From Pirellulaceae bacterium (GTDB taxonomy: Bacteria; Planctomycetota; Planctomycetia; Pirellulales; Pirellulaceae), in NCBI GenBank assembly GCA_041752355.1, contig JBGSHH010000085.1, forward strand, positions 1 through 60,525: a DNA stretch of 60,525 nt, written 5' to 3'. Made by a program: the position numbers and the translations under genes. The notes beneath the pieces were generated by a model that did not search any database, was not told the origin of the DNA, and was given only the letters and a program-made list of their open reading frames with translations. Shown here piece by piece: positions 29,071-39,013 of this stretch. Each line of letters opens with the position of its first letter. Position 1 is the stretch's first letter.

Positions 29071-30771
29071 TCAGCCGTAGTTCAACCGCCCCGGCACATC
29101 CCTAGCAATCGGCACATCAATCAGCAGGGGGCGATCGCGAGAAAAGCTGCTCCCCACCCGCTCACACAAATCGTCCGCCTCCGACACTCGGACGGCCTCC
29201 ACGCCCAGGGCTTCCGCTAGTTTGACAAAATCGATCTCCGGGCCGGTGATATCGAGTCCCTCGAACTTCCCAGCGATCGCCTGCGGCAAACCAAAGCCTT
29301 GCGCGCCGATCTTCAAGATTTGATACTGGGCATTGTTGCACACTACAAACGTCACCGGCACCCGATATCTGGCAGCCGACCAGAGCGCTTGCATACCATA
29401 GCCAGCCGCACCGTCGCCAATCAGCGCCAGCACCGGTCGCTGCGGCCACGCCAACTTAGCCCCAATCGCCACCCCCATGCCCCAGCCGAGCGCCCAACCA
29501 CGATGACCAAAGCAATCGGCATCTAGACCCAAAACTCCCAATCGCTCGAATGTCGTGTTCGTCGTTGTCACCGCTTCTTCGATCACCACCACGTCGCGCG
29601 GTAACACGCCAGCGAGTGAGCCCATCAAAGCCAATGGCGTGAGCGGACGACGAGGAAGTTCCTGCGCTACTTTCTCCTTAAGTTTCTCGCGAGCCACAGC
29701 ATGCACGGCAGTCAACTCGGCGGTTCGCGCTTGCGTAGCCGCGCGATGACCGGGTGTCGCTTGCTGCTGCAATGCTACCAGTAAATCGGTCAGCGCTACC
29801 TGTGGATGCCCAAGTACAGCAACTTCGCAGGCGTAATTCTTATTCAACTGCCAAGGATCTTCGTCGATATGCACGATGCGGATGTGGTCGGGAATCGCGC
29901 GGGCGGGCTCGTGATAGACATACTGGCGTAGTAAATCGGCACCCACCACCAACAGCGCGTCGAATTCCTGCAACTTTGCGCGAATCTCCGGCGACCACAG
30001 CGGTAAGCCTTGCGCGTTGAGCGGATGATCGCCAGGGAACGATAGTCGCCCATGACTATGCCCTGGCTCACTAAACACCGCCGCGCCGAGCGATTCCGCT
30101 ACGGCGACCAATTCACGCATCGCATTGTGTTCGATCACGCGACTGCCCGCGAGAATCGCCGGCCGGTTCGCCGCCAGCAACGTGCGCGCGGCAGCTTGAG
30201 TCGCAAGCAGCGAGGGACGCATCCGGGCGTCAGGCAAGCGGATCGGAGTAAGGTCGAAATTGTCCGCAAGTTCGAGTTGCACATCGACGGGGAGCGACAG
30301 AAACACGGGTCCGGTCGGCGGCGTGAGCGCACATTGCACGGCGCGACGAATCGCAATCGGCACATCTTGCACTCGATTAACTTCCACCGCCCATTTCGTC
30401 CAGGGCTTGGCGACCGCGACCATGTCGCCGCCAAGGATCGGCTCTTCGAACATCAAGCGCCGATCTTGTTGCCCCGCCGTCACAATCAGCGGCGAGCCCT
30501 CGCGAAAGGCGTTGTAGAGCATGCCCAGCGAATGTCCTAAGCCGCAACTAATATGCAGGTTGACGACCCCCGGCGTGCGCGACGCCATGGCGAATCCATC
30601 GGCCATCCCCATCACAGCTACTTCTTGCAACCCCAGGATGTATTGGAATCGCCCATCACCAACCAGGGCGTCATTGAGGGGCAATTCTGTTGTGCCGGGG
30701 TTGCCAAAGAGATACCGCACCCCCGCCGAGGCCAGCATCTCTAACATCGCCTGAATGCCTGTCATCGCCAT
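29071..30771 (-). CDS. Thiamine-diphosphate-dependent enzyme (acetolactate synthase / benzoylformate decarboxylase family)
   Basis: 566 aa with an N-terminal Pyr domain (GVRYLFGNPGTTELP). The ThDP-binding motif is GDGAAGYGMQALWSAARYRVPVTFVVCNN. Confidence 0.75.
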   Translation of the reverse strand: MAMTGIQAMLEMLASAGVRYLFGNPGTTELPLNDALVGDGRFQYILGLQEVAVMGMADGFAMASRTPGVVNLHISCGLGHSLGMLYNAFREGSPLIVTAGQQDRRLMFEEPILGGDMVAVAKPWTKWAVEVNRVQDVPIAIRRAVQCALTPPTGPVFLSLPVDVQLELADNFDLTPIRLPDARMRPSLLATQAAARTLLAANRPAILAGSRVIEHNAMRELVAVAESLGAAVFSEPGHSHGRLSFPGDHPLNAQGLPLWSPEIRAKLQEFDALLVVGADLLRQYVYHEPARAIPDHIRIVHIDEDPWQLNKNYACEVAVLGHPQVALTDLLVALQQQATPGHRAATQARTAELTAVHAVAREKLKEKVAQELPRRPLTPLALMGSLAGVLPRDVVVIEEAVTTTNTTFERLGVLGLDADCFGHRGWALGWGMGVAIGAKLAWPQRPVLALIGDGAAGYGMQALWSAARYRVPVTFVVCNNAQYQILKIGAQGFGLPQAIAGKFEGLDITGPEIDFVKLAEALGVEAVRVSEADDLCERVGSSFSRDRPLLIDVPIARDVPGRLNYG

Positions 30772-31091
30772 TAGTCATCCTCGTAGGATGTGGAACAAAA
30801 TTGTAGGGCGAGTTCGCAGACCACTAGTTTGTGGGCCCCAAAAAACCGCCCCCGCTCGCTCTCTAACTCCTTTCATAACAATCTATTATGGCGACCAGAA
30901 AAACTTCGCCACAAGATGTCGTGGTGGTAAAAACCACTTTTAAATCCGCTTCGACTGGAGGGGACGCGAGATCGCTCCGTCGCGTTTTTCGTCCCTCCAT
31001 CTACCTCGCGAGCCAGCCGGAAAATCGCCCCGAGCGGATGCGCCCCATCGGTATCGATTCGTGCGGTACCCCTCCCGTCGGGACTCCCCCT

Positions 31092-32291
31092 TTAAATCCC
31101 CAACTCCCCTTTCACGAATTCAAACGCGGCAATCGCTTGATCCAAATCATCGCGAGTGTGCGCTGCGGAAATCTGCGTGCGAATGCGGGCTTTGCCATGA
31201 GGAACAACGGGATACGAAAAACCAATCACATAGACACCTTGCTCCAGCATTTTCTCCGCCATCTGCGCCGCCAGCACGGCGTCGCCAAGCATGATGGGAG
31301 TGATGGGATGCTCGCCAGGGACGATGTTGAAGCCAGCGGCGGTCATCGCCTCGCGAAAGTGTTTGGTGTTGATGGCCAGCGTGTCACGCAGTTCAGTCGA
31401 ACGTGTAAGAATCTCTACCGCTTTGAGCGAAGCAGCGACGATCGGGGGTGGCAACGAGTTACTAAACAAGTAAGGACGCGAACGTTGCCGCAGAAACTCG
31501 ACCGTTTCCTTCTTGGCCGCTGTGAAGCCCCCGCTAGCGCCGCCAAGCGCTTTGCCGAGCGTGCTGGTGATGATGTCGATCCGTCCCAACACGCCATGAT
31601 GCTCCGGCGTGCCGCGGCCGGTTTGCCCCATAAAGCCGCTGGCGTGTGAATCATCAACCATCACGAGCGCCTGATACTTGTCAGCCAGTTCGCAAATCGC
31701 AGGCAAGTTGGCGATGGTTCCGTCCATCGAAAAGACGCCATCGGTCGCGATCATCTTGAAGCGCGAATTGGCAGCGGTGGCTTCCTGCAACTTCGCCTCC
31801 AGGTCGACCATGTCGTTGTTCTTGTAACGAAACCGCTGCGCCTTGCAGAGCCGAATGCCATCGATGATCGAGGCGTGATTGAGTTCATCGGAAATGATCG
31901 CGTCTTCCGCTCCCAGCAGCGTTTCAAATAAGCCACCGTTGGCATCAAAGCAGGAAGAATACAATATCGCGTCTTCGCAGCCCACAAACGCCGCTAATTT
32001 TGCTTCCAATTCTTTATGTTGCGACTGCGTACCGCAAATGAACCGCACGCTGGCCATGCCATAGCCAAACCGATCAAGGGCCTCACGCGCTGCAGCCAGC
32101 ACTTCAGGATGATCGGCTAGTCCGAGATAGTTATTGGCGCAGAGATTCAGCACCGGTCGATCTGGCGCGATTCGCAAGTGCGGATGCTGCGGCGATATGA
32201 TCACGCGCTCGGATTTATAGAGGCCGGCAGTGCGGATTTCGTCGAGTTGCGCGGTGAGATGTTGTTGGAATGACGTGGTCATCGTGGCCAT
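31092..32291 (-). CDS. kbl: Glycine C-acetyltransferase (2-amino-3-ketobutyrate CoA ligase)
   Basis: 399 aa in the alpha-oxoamine synthase family, with the PLP lysine context [13 protein letters not shown]. It shares a strand and block with tdh. Confidence 0.85.
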   Translation of the reverse strand: MATMTTSFQQHLTAQLDEIRTAGLYKSERVIISPQHPHLRIAPDRPVLNLCANNYLGLADHPEVLAAAREALDRFGYGMASVRFICGTQSQHKELEAKLAAFVGCEDAILYSSCFDANGGLFETLLGAEDAIISDELNHASIIDGIRLCKAQRFRYKNNDMVDLEAKLQEATAANSRFKMIATDGVFSMDGTIANLPAICELADKYQALVMVDDSHASGFMGQTGRGTPEHHGVLGRIDIITSTLGKALGGASGGFTAAKKETVEFLRQRSRPYLFSNSLPPPIVAASLKAVEILTRSTELRDTLAINTKHFREAMTAAGFNIVPGEHPITPIMLGDAVLAAQMAEKMLEQGVYVIGFSYPVVPHGKARIRTQISAAHTRDDLDQAIAAFEFVKGELGI

Positions 32292-32292
32292 C

Positions 32293-32775
32293 CTATTCTT
32301 CTAGTGGTTCGAGCAAGCTGGACTCGATCGCCTCTCGAATGATTCGAAATACGGCCTCGTTGGCCTCCACAACGCGGGTGTATTCTGGCCCATCGCCATC
32401 GGTATCAAAATGTACGGCGAAGTCGGCGAAGGAGATTGTGCGCACGCTATAGCACGGATAAGTCACGAAGATACATAGTTCGCCCGACGCCATGTCAATG
32501 TCGTTGGCGGACACGGGTGCTTCGGTCATCGCCGCCACAACTTCGCCATAGCCTTCTTTCGCTAGCCGCGATTCGAGTTGCTGGCGAAAAGGAGGGCCGC
32601 CTAATCGCGCGGCAACAATCTCGTTGGATCGCAGTCGTTCTGGCAATTGAATGATCAGATCTCGGCCCATCCAATGCTCGTCGTACACCACGGTCGGCAA
32701 CGTGACATACCAGCCCATCACGATCAAGCAAAGCAGAATCGCGGCCACAACCACCGAGTAGAGCCAAAGCTTCAT
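32293..32775 (-). CDS. N-terminally anchored hypothetical protein inserted between tdh and kbl
   Basis: Start taken at ATG 32775 ([24 protein letters not shown]). Its stop codon ends 1 nt before the kbl ATG. No recognisable domain. Confidence 0.45.
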   Translation of the reverse strand: MKLWLYSVVVAAILLCLIVMGWYVTLPTVVYDEHWMGRDLIIQLPERLRSNEIVAARLGGPPFRQQLESRLAKEGYGEVVAAMTEAPVSANDIDMASGELCIFVTYPCYSVRTISFADFAVHFDTDGDGPEYTRVVEANEAVFRIIREAIESSLLEPLEE

Positions 32776-32833
32776 TTGTATTTCGCGCCTCCACAATTCA
32801 AGGCGGACTGGAATCTTCGCCCCACCCGATGGC

Positions 32834-33880
32834 CTATCCTTCCGCCCACGTCAAAACCACTTTGCCGCTTTGCCCACTGAGCATCGCATCAAAGCCTTGT
32901 TGAAAATCTTGGTAGCCAAACCGATGTGTAATCACCGGCGAGATATCGAGGCCGCTTTGTAGCATGACCGTCATCTTGTACCACGTTTCATACATCTCGC
33001 GGCCATAGATACCTTTGATGGTGAGCATGTTGAACACCACCAGGTTCCAATCGATGGCCATCTCCCGTTCGGGAATGCCGAGCATGGCAATTTTGCCGCC
33101 GTGGCACATACTGGCGAGCATGTCGCGAAAGGCTTGCGGATTGCCGGACATTTCCAGGCCAACGTCAAAACCTTCCTTCATGCCGAGTTGCCGTTGCACA
33201 TCGGTGAGCGTTTGCGTTCGCACATCCACTGCCACCGTCGCCCCCATCTTCTTAGCCAGTTCAAGGCGATAAGGATTCACGTCGGTAATCACCACGTAAC
33301 GCGCGCCGGCATGTTTGGCGATAGCGACCCCCATGATGCCGATCGGACCCGCGCCCGTGATCAGCACATCCTCGCCCAACAGATCGAACGACAGCGCCGT
33401 ATGGACGGCGTTGCCGAAGGGATCGAAAATCGATTGCACGTCGCGAGGAATCGGCGTATGCGTGTCATGGACCCAAACGTTCGTTTGCGGCAGCGAGAGA
33501 AATTCGGCGAAGGCCCCCGGGCGATTCACGCCAACTCCTTTGGTGTCTTTACAGAGATGCCGCCGCCCTGCGAGGCAGTTGCGGCAATGCCCGCAGACGA
33601 CATGTCCCTCGCCGGAGACAATATCGCCCAGATGAAAATCGTGGACATTGGAGCCGACGTCGACAATCTGGCCGACGAACTCGTGCCCCACGACCATCGG
33701 CACAGGGATCGTCTTTTGCGCCCAGGCGTCCCATTTGAATATATGCACGTCGGTGCCGCAGATGCCGGTGCGCAGCACTTTGATCAAACAGTCGTTGATG
33801 CCGATCGTGGGGAGGGGAACTTCTTCGAGCCACAGGCCGGGCTGCGCATGACGCTTCACGAGCGCCTGCATCGTCTTCAT
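32834..33880 (-). CDS. tdh: L-threonine 3-dehydrogenase
   Basis: 348 aa. Nearly colinear with my recollection of E. coli Tdh ([31 protein letters not shown]). Confidence 0.85.
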   Translation of the reverse strand: MKTMQALVKRHAQPGLWLEEVPLPTIGINDCLIKVLRTGICGTDVHIFKWDAWAQKTIPVPMVVGHEFVGQIVDVGSNVHDFHLGDIVSGEGHVVCGHCRNCLAGRRHLCKDTKGVGVNRPGAFAEFLSLPQTNVWVHDTHTPIPRDVQSIFDPFGNAVHTALSFDLLGEDVLITGAGPIGIMGVAIAKHAGARYVVITDVNPYRLELAKKMGATVAVDVRTQTLTDVQRQLGMKEGFDVGLEMSGNPQAFRDMLASMCHGGKIAMLGIPEREMAIDWNLVVFNMLTIKGIYGREMYETWYKMTVMLQSGLDISPVITHRFGYQDFQQGFDAMLSGQSGKVVLTWAEG

Positions 33881-34046
33881 GGCGGGCGAATCCTGAGGAA
33901 AGCAAAGTTGTGAAAGAGCAGTCGCTTAGTTTACCCTTTCTTCGCGCGGATTGTAGGGCGGGTTGCAACCTACCGTTCGCAAGCGCGCTGCAAACCGTTA
34001 CACTAGCGGTTTCCTCCTTTCCGATTTCCTTCCCCCAAAAACCGCT

Positions 34047-35069
34047 ATGCAAGCCATCCTGCTGGAAAAGCCGGGAGAGTTCAAACAAATCGAGATCGAT
34101 GCCCCCGCTGCTCCCGCTGCCGGCGAGGCTTTGGTGCGAGTCCATCGCATCGGCATCTGTGGCACCGACATCAGCGGTTACTTGGGGAAGATGCCCTTTT
34201 ACAGTTACCCCCGCATCCCAGGGCATGAACTAGGCGTGGAAGTGGTCGCCGTTGGCGACGGCGTAACCAACGTTAAGCCCGGCGATAAGTGTAGTGTCGA
34301 ACCGTACATGAATTGTCAGAAGTGCTTCGCCTGTCAGCGCGGTAGCTATAACTGCTGTGAGAATCTGCAAGTGCTCGGCGTGCATACCGATGGGGGAATG
34401 CGTCCTGAGTTCATCCTGCCTGCCCGTAAGTTGCATCCCTCGGCAGAACTCACTGTCGATCAACTCGCTTTAGTGGAAACGCTCGCCATCGGCTGCCATG
34501 CCGTGAATCGCGGTGCGCCTAAGCCGGATGATTTTGTCGTGGTGATTGGTGCGGGACCGATCGGCCTCTCGACGCTGGAATTCGTGAAGCTAAGCGGCGC
34601 AACATGTATCGTTATGGACATGAACGAACAACGTCTGGCATTTTGCAAAGAGACGATGGGCATCCCGCACACGATCAAGTTCGCGGGCGATGGCTCGGAA
34701 CTCACCGCGCTCACCGCAATCACCGGCGGACGATTGGCGCAAGTGGTGATCGACGCTACTGGCAGCAATAATTCGATGGGGAATGCCTACAATTTTGTCG
34801 GCTTCACGGGGAAGTTGGTCTTCGTTGGGATCACCACCAGCGAGATCGCCTTCACGCATCCGCTCATGCATCGCCGCGAGATGACGTTTCTAGCGTCGCG
34901 TAATGCCATGCCAGAAGATTTCACACGAATCATTGGCTTGATCGAGACAGGCAAGATCGATACGCGCCCTTGGATTACGCATCGCACACCGTTTGCGGAT
35001 TTGATCGCTAATTTTCCCTCCTATACCAAGCCGGAGACCGGTGTGATCAAGGCCATCGTGGAGCTCTAG
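34047..35069 (+). CDS. Zinc-dependent alcohol / polyol dehydrogenase (MDR family)
   Basis: Start trimmed to ATG 34047 (MQAILLEKPGEF). GICGTDISGY, GHELG, structural-Zn cysteines CQKCFACQRGSYNCC, and Rossmann VIGAGPIG. Confidence 0.75.
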   Translation: MQAILLEKPGEFKQIEIDAPAAPAAGEALVRVHRIGICGTDISGYLGKMPFYSYPRIPGHELGVEVVAVGDGVTNVKPGDKCSVEPYMNCQKCFACQRGSYNCCENLQVLGVHTDGGMRPEFILPARKLHPSAELTVDQLALVETLAIGCHAVNRGAPKPDDFVVVIGAGPIGLSTLEFVKLSGATCIVMDMNEQRLAFCKETMGIPHTIKFAGDGSELTALTAITGGRLAQVVIDATGSNNSMGNAYNFVGFTGKLVFVGITTSEIAFTHPLMHRREMTFLASRNAMPEDFTRIIGLIETGKIDTRPWITHRTPFADLIANFPSYTKPETGVIKAIVEL

Positions 35070-35145
35070 TTTTTAAGCTACGCCTGATGCCTGGCGACAC
35101 TCCACTTCGCTGCTATTGCTCTGAGAATTCTCTGACATTCCCTGA

Positions 35146-35250
35146 CATCACGCGGAGCGTGATGAGTACTTTAAGAACCATAACATCACGCGGAGCGTGA
35201 TGAATACTTTGAGACCCCATACATCGCGCGGAGCGCGATGGGACCTATCC
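35146..35250. repeat. Tandem ~38-nt hairpin repeat (2 full units plus 1 partial unit) abutting the start codon of the downstream gene
   Basis: Units at 35146-35183, 35184-35221 and 35222-35250. Each begins with the palindrome CATCACGC-gga-GCGTGATG. The third unit is CATCGCGC-gga-GCGCGATG, a compensatory A:T to G:C change. Units 1 and 2 carry the tail GA(G/A)TACTTT(A/G)AGA(A/C)C. Confidence 0.8.
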
Positions 35251-36066
35251 ATGAAATCGGCCATTACCATCAGTCTCGTATCCGAAGCCCGTGGCGGACC
35301 CTTTGTCTTCTGGGACTTGCCAGGCGGCTGCCAAAGCGCGCAGGAACTCGGCTTTGACGCGGTGGAAATCTTTCCGCCATCGGCCGATGCCATCCGCGAA
35401 TTGCAGGTGCCGCAATTCCTGGAACATCACAATCTTAAACTCGCTGCTATGGGAACGGGCGCAGGCTGGGTGAAACATGGCCTGACCCTCACGAGTCCCG
35501 ATAGTTCGATCCGCAATCAAGCAATGGCATTCATTCGCTCGATCATTGATGTGGCAGGCCCGCTCGGAGCGCCAGCGATCATTGGTTCGATGCAAGGGCG
35601 TTTTGGCGAGGGGGTGACGCGCGAGCAGGCCCTGACCTGGCTGGCCGATGCAATGAAAGTACTCGGCGCGCACGCTTCGCAATATGGCGTGCCGCTATTG
35701 TACGAACCGCTTAATCGCTATGAAACTAACGTCTGCAATACGATCGACGAAGGAGTGAACCTGCTCAAGAAGATGCGTAGCAAGAGCGTTTTACTACTGG
35801 CGGACCTCTTTCACATGAACATCGAAGAAGAGAATATCGCCGACGCCCTCAAGTATGGCGGAAAGTACATCGGCCACGTTCACTTCGTCGACTCCAATCG
35901 TCGCGCTGCCGGTTGCGGGCATTTGGACTACGCGCCGATCATGGCCGCGCTACGCGATATCAACTACGATCGTTACCTTTCTGCGGAAGCGCTCTCCTGG
36001 CCTGACCCGCAAACCGCCGCCAAACATACGATCAAAATGTTTGATACGCTAACGGCGCAAGAATAA
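35251..36066 (+). CDS. Sugar phosphate isomerase/epimerase (xylose-isomerase-like TIM barrel)
   Basis: Start taken at ATG 35251 (MKSAITISLV); the longer ORF start lies inside the repeat. Typical family pattern (LGFDAVEIF, YEPLNRYETN, HVHFVDSNR). Confidence 0.7.
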   Translation: MKSAITISLVSEARGGPFVFWDLPGGCQSAQELGFDAVEIFPPSADAIRELQVPQFLEHHNLKLAAMGTGAGWVKHGLTLTSPDSSIRNQAMAFIRSIIDVAGPLGAPAIIGSMQGRFGEGVTREQALTWLADAMKVLGAHASQYGVPLLYEPLNRYETNVCNTIDEGVNLLKKMRSKSVLLLADLFHMNIEEENIADALKYGGKYIGHVHFVDSNRRAAGCGHLDYAPIMAALRDINYDRYLSAEALSWPDPQTAAKHTIKMFDTLTAQE

Positions 36067-36093
36067 TCTCGTTTTTCATCCTGAAGTGCCATC

Positions 36094-36543
36094 ATGCTCA
36101 AACACAAACTCATTCACCCCAAGATAAACGAAATACTCGCCAAGGCAGGGCATCACGCGAAGGTGCTGATCGCCGACGGCAACTATCCAGCTTCTAGCAC
36201 GATGGGCCCCCACGGCGAGTTGGTTTCGCTCAATCTTTCGCCAGGACTCGTGACGTGTACACAAGTGCTGGAAGCGCTGCTGGACGCCGTGGCGATCGAG
36301 GCGGCCCATACCATGATGTACGAGACGTCCGGACCCTATGCCTTGGCCGAAGACCCGCCTGTGTGGGCGCAGTATCGCGCAGCATTCAAACAAGCAAATG
36401 TCGACGTGGAATTGCAGCCTATCGCCAAATGGGAGTTTTACCCCGCCGTGAAGACGCCCGATCATGTGCTGACAATTCAAACAGGCGATACGCAACGTTT
36501 TGCCAATTTGCTGCTGACGATTGGCGTGCGAATGGATGTGTAG
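36094..36543 (+). CDS. RbsD/FucU-family sugar mutarotase/pyranase
   Basis: 149 aa with N-terminus MLKHKLIHPKINEILAKAGHHAKVLIADGNYP, typical of RbsD/FucU. Confidence 0.75.
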   Translation: MLKHKLIHPKINEILAKAGHHAKVLIADGNYPASSTMGPHGELVSLNLSPGLVTCTQVLEALLDAVAIEAAHTMMYETSGPYALAEDPPVWAQYRAAFKQANVDVELQPIAKWEFYPAVKTPDHVLTIQTGDTQRFANLLLTIGVRMDV

Positions 36544-36629
36544 GGCGAACCTGGGCGAAGCAAGTTGCTCTTTGAATTTACAAACTATCGATATCCTTGA
36601 GGTCGGTGTGTTGCGCACACCTTACAACC

Positions 36630-37820
36630 ATGCATGCGATTCCTCGCGGTTTCAAGTTTGCCGGTGTCCATGCCGGTATTAAGCGCAATCCACAAAAGGA
36701 AGACGTCACTCTGATCGTCGCTGATGGCCCGGCGGTCGCAGCGGGCGTTTATACGCAAAATCTCGTGTTCGCCGCGCCCGTCGCCCTCGATCGTGCTCGC
36801 ACACCTTCCGACAGAATTCGCTGCGTGGTGGTGAACTCCGGCAATGCGAATGCCTGTACCGGCGAGCGTGGCATGGACGACGCCTACGAAATGGCGCGGA
36901 TGGCTGGCGAAGCCTGCGGCGCGTCAGCCGACGACGCTTTGGTGATGTCGACCGGCATTATCGGTGAGTTCCTACCGATGGAAAAGATCTCCGCCGGCAT
37001 CTCGGCTGCGGCCGGCAAACTTGGCAACGACGAAGAATCCTTCCTTGCGGCAGCGCGCGGGATTCTTACGACTGATAATGGCGTAAAAACCGTCTCGCGA
37101 ACATTTAGCTTCGGTGGGCAAGAGGTTCGCTTCGCTGGTATGGCCAAAGGAGCCGGCATGATCGGCCCGCGCATGGCAACGTTGCTGGGTGTGCTGATAA
37201 CCGACGCCAAGCTGACTGTCGAAGATGCGCAAGCCTCGCTCAACGACGCCATCGCCGATAGCTTCAATTGCATCAGCGTCGAAGGACACATGAGCACCAA
37301 CGACACGGTGCTCCTGCTGGCTAGTGGCGCGGCAACGGCAGAACCGATCCAAGGCGAAGATTTAGCGGCCTTTCAAGCAGCGCTTAAAGAAACCGCCATT
37401 GAACTCGCGAAGATGATTCCCGACGATGGCGAAGGGGCGACGCATTTAATGGTGATCGACGTGATCGGTGCCAAGTCGCGCGACGACGCCCATCGCATCG
37501 CCAAAACGATCGCCGATAGCGCGCTCGTGAAAACAGCCATTCACGGTGGCGATCCCAACTGGGGACGCATCGTTTCCGCCGCCGGCTATGCAGGTGTACC
37601 GTTTCGCCCCGCAGGCGTCGATCTGCACGTCAATGGCCATCGCTTGTATTGGAAGGGAGCGCCGGTCAAATTCGATGCCGCGACCGTGTCGCAATCGATG
37701 CAAAACAATCGTGAGACGCACATCGAACTTTCGCTCGCCGAAGGCGACGCCAAAGTCCGGTTCTGGTCGAGCGATCTGACGGTCGAGTACGTCAAATTCA
37801 ACGCCGACTATCACACCTAG
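36630..37820 (+). CDS. argJ: Bifunctional ornithine acetyltransferase / N-acetylglutamate synthase
   Basis: Start at ATG 36630 (MHAIPRGFKFAGVHAGIK). Self-cleavage site context GPRMATLLGVLITDA. C-terminal LTVEYVKFNADY. Confidence 0.85.
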   Translation: MHAIPRGFKFAGVHAGIKRNPQKEDVTLIVADGPAVAAGVYTQNLVFAAPVALDRARTPSDRIRCVVVNSGNANACTGERGMDDAYEMARMAGEACGASADDALVMSTGIIGEFLPMEKISAGISAAAGKLGNDEESFLAAARGILTTDNGVKTVSRTFSFGGQEVRFAGMAKGAGMIGPRMATLLGVLITDAKLTVEDAQASLNDAIADSFNCISVEGHMSTNDTVLLLASGAATAEPIQGEDLAAFQAALKETAIELAKMIPDDGEGATHLMVIDVIGAKSRDDAHRIAKTIADSALVKTAIHGGDPNWGRIVSAAGYAGVPFRPAGVDLHVNGHRLYWKGAPVKFDAATVSQSMQNNRETHIELSLAEGDAKVRFWSSDLTVEYVKFNADYHT

Positions 37821-37954
37821 GATAGTTTTTGGCGGGGCAGGCATTTCTGTCTATCTTTTGAGTGAACGCCCACTCGATTGGCACTGAACCTCCCTGCGGT
37901 GGATCGTGTCTGAGAAAGAGTTAAATATCTTCCTCTCACTACGCGTGATCCAGC

Positions 37955-39013
37955 ATGCGCAAGCTCGCCAGCATTCAAGTTGTCAACGCGGTCGAACCGA
38001 TTCCAAACGCCGACGCCATTGTGCGTCTGCGCGTATTGGGATGGTGGGTCGTCGCCAAGCGTGGAGAGTATAAGCCAGGCGATAAACTGATCTATTGCGA
38101 GATCGATTCGCTGTTGCCAGAGCGACCTGAGTTTGAGTTCTTGCGCGCCAGCAGCTTCAAGCCGGCAATTCAAGACGGCGAGAAACTCGTGCAACCGGCC
38201 GGTTTTCGCATCAAAACGGTCCGCCTGCGCGGTCAAGTGTCACAAGGCATTTGCTTTCCGCTTGCGATCTTGCCGCCCGATGCAACTACTCATGAAGGAG
38301 ACGACGTTACCGACCTGCTAGGTATTCTCAAATATGAACCACCGACGCCAGTTGGAATGAGCGGTCGCGTGCGAGGTGGCTTTCCCGGCTTCTTGTCGAA
38401 GACGGACGAGATTCGGGTGCAAGTGCTGGAATCTGCTTTAGAGCGTCATCGCGGCAAAATGTTCTTCATGACAGAGAAACTCGACGGCACGTCGTTTACG
38501 GCCTTTTTGCGCGATGACCAGTTCGGTATTTGCAGCCGCAACCTCTGGATGGACGAAACTGACGAATCGAACATGCTCGTGAAAGTGAGCCAGTGCCTTC
38601 AACTTGCAGCGCGATTGCGCGCGATTCGTGATCGGCACGGATTTCAGCCTGCGATTCAAGGTGAGTTGATCGGTCCTGGCATTCAGAAGAACAAGTATGG
38701 TCTGAACTCGGTCGAACTGCGGATCTTTAACTTGCTAAATCTCGACACGTCGCAACTCGTTGATCATGCTGTGGCACTGGAGATTGTTCGCGCCGCCGGA
38801 CTGGAGAGCGTGCCGCAACTTGGCACGCTCGCACTCGACCATACGGTCGATCAACTGGTACGGTTGGCGGAAGGTGCCAGCGTACTCGATTCGCGCGTTC
38901 AACGCGAAGGCATTGTGCTGCGCCCGGCCAGCGAGGAGTTTGATATCGACATCGGTGGACGATTGAGTTTTAAGGCGATCAATCCACTGTTTCTGCTGAA
39001 GTACGACGAGTAA
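37955..39013 (+). CDS. ATP-dependent RNA ligase, Rnl5 (DraRnl/NgrRnl)-like, with N-terminal OB-like domain
   Basis: 352 aa. The N-terminal module is RKLASIQVVNAVEPIPNADAI..L.VLGWWVVAKRGEYKPGDKLIYCEIDS. Nucleotidyltransferase motif I is EKLDGTS (KxDG), motif IV-like is REGIVLRP, and motif V-like is LSFKAIN. Confidence 0.65.
   Translation: MRKLASIQVVNAVEPIPNADAIVRLRVLGWWVVAKRGEYKPGDKLIYCEIDSLLPERPEFEFLRASSFKPAIQDGEKLVQPAGFRIKTVRLRGQVSQGICFPLAILPPDATTHEGDDVTDLLGILKYEPPTPVGMSGRVRGGFPGFLSKTDEIRVQVLESALERHRGKMFFMTEKLDGTSFTAFLRDDQFGICSRNLWMDETDESNMLVKVSQCLQLAARLRAIRDRHGFQPAIQGELIGPGIQKNKYGLNSVELRIFNLLNLDTSQLVDHAVALEIVRAAGLESVPQLGTLALDHTVDQLVRLAEGASVLDSRVQREGIVLRPASEEFDIDIGGRLSFKAINPLFLLKYDE

Noticed and set aside
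30957-30998. Bulged 9-bp hairpin (GGAGGGGACG...CGTCCCTCC) downstream of kbl
   Set aside because: Plausible as a minus-strand terminator, but the stem is bulged and the T-rich run is displaced. I did not list it as a feature.
30888-31649. 253-aa plus-strand ORF
   Set aside because: It mostly overlaps kbl in antisense, and its 5' part lies in the kbl terminator region.
33101-33913. 270-aa plus-strand ORF
   Set aside because: Antisense to tdh. His/Arg/Asp-rich shadow-frame composition.
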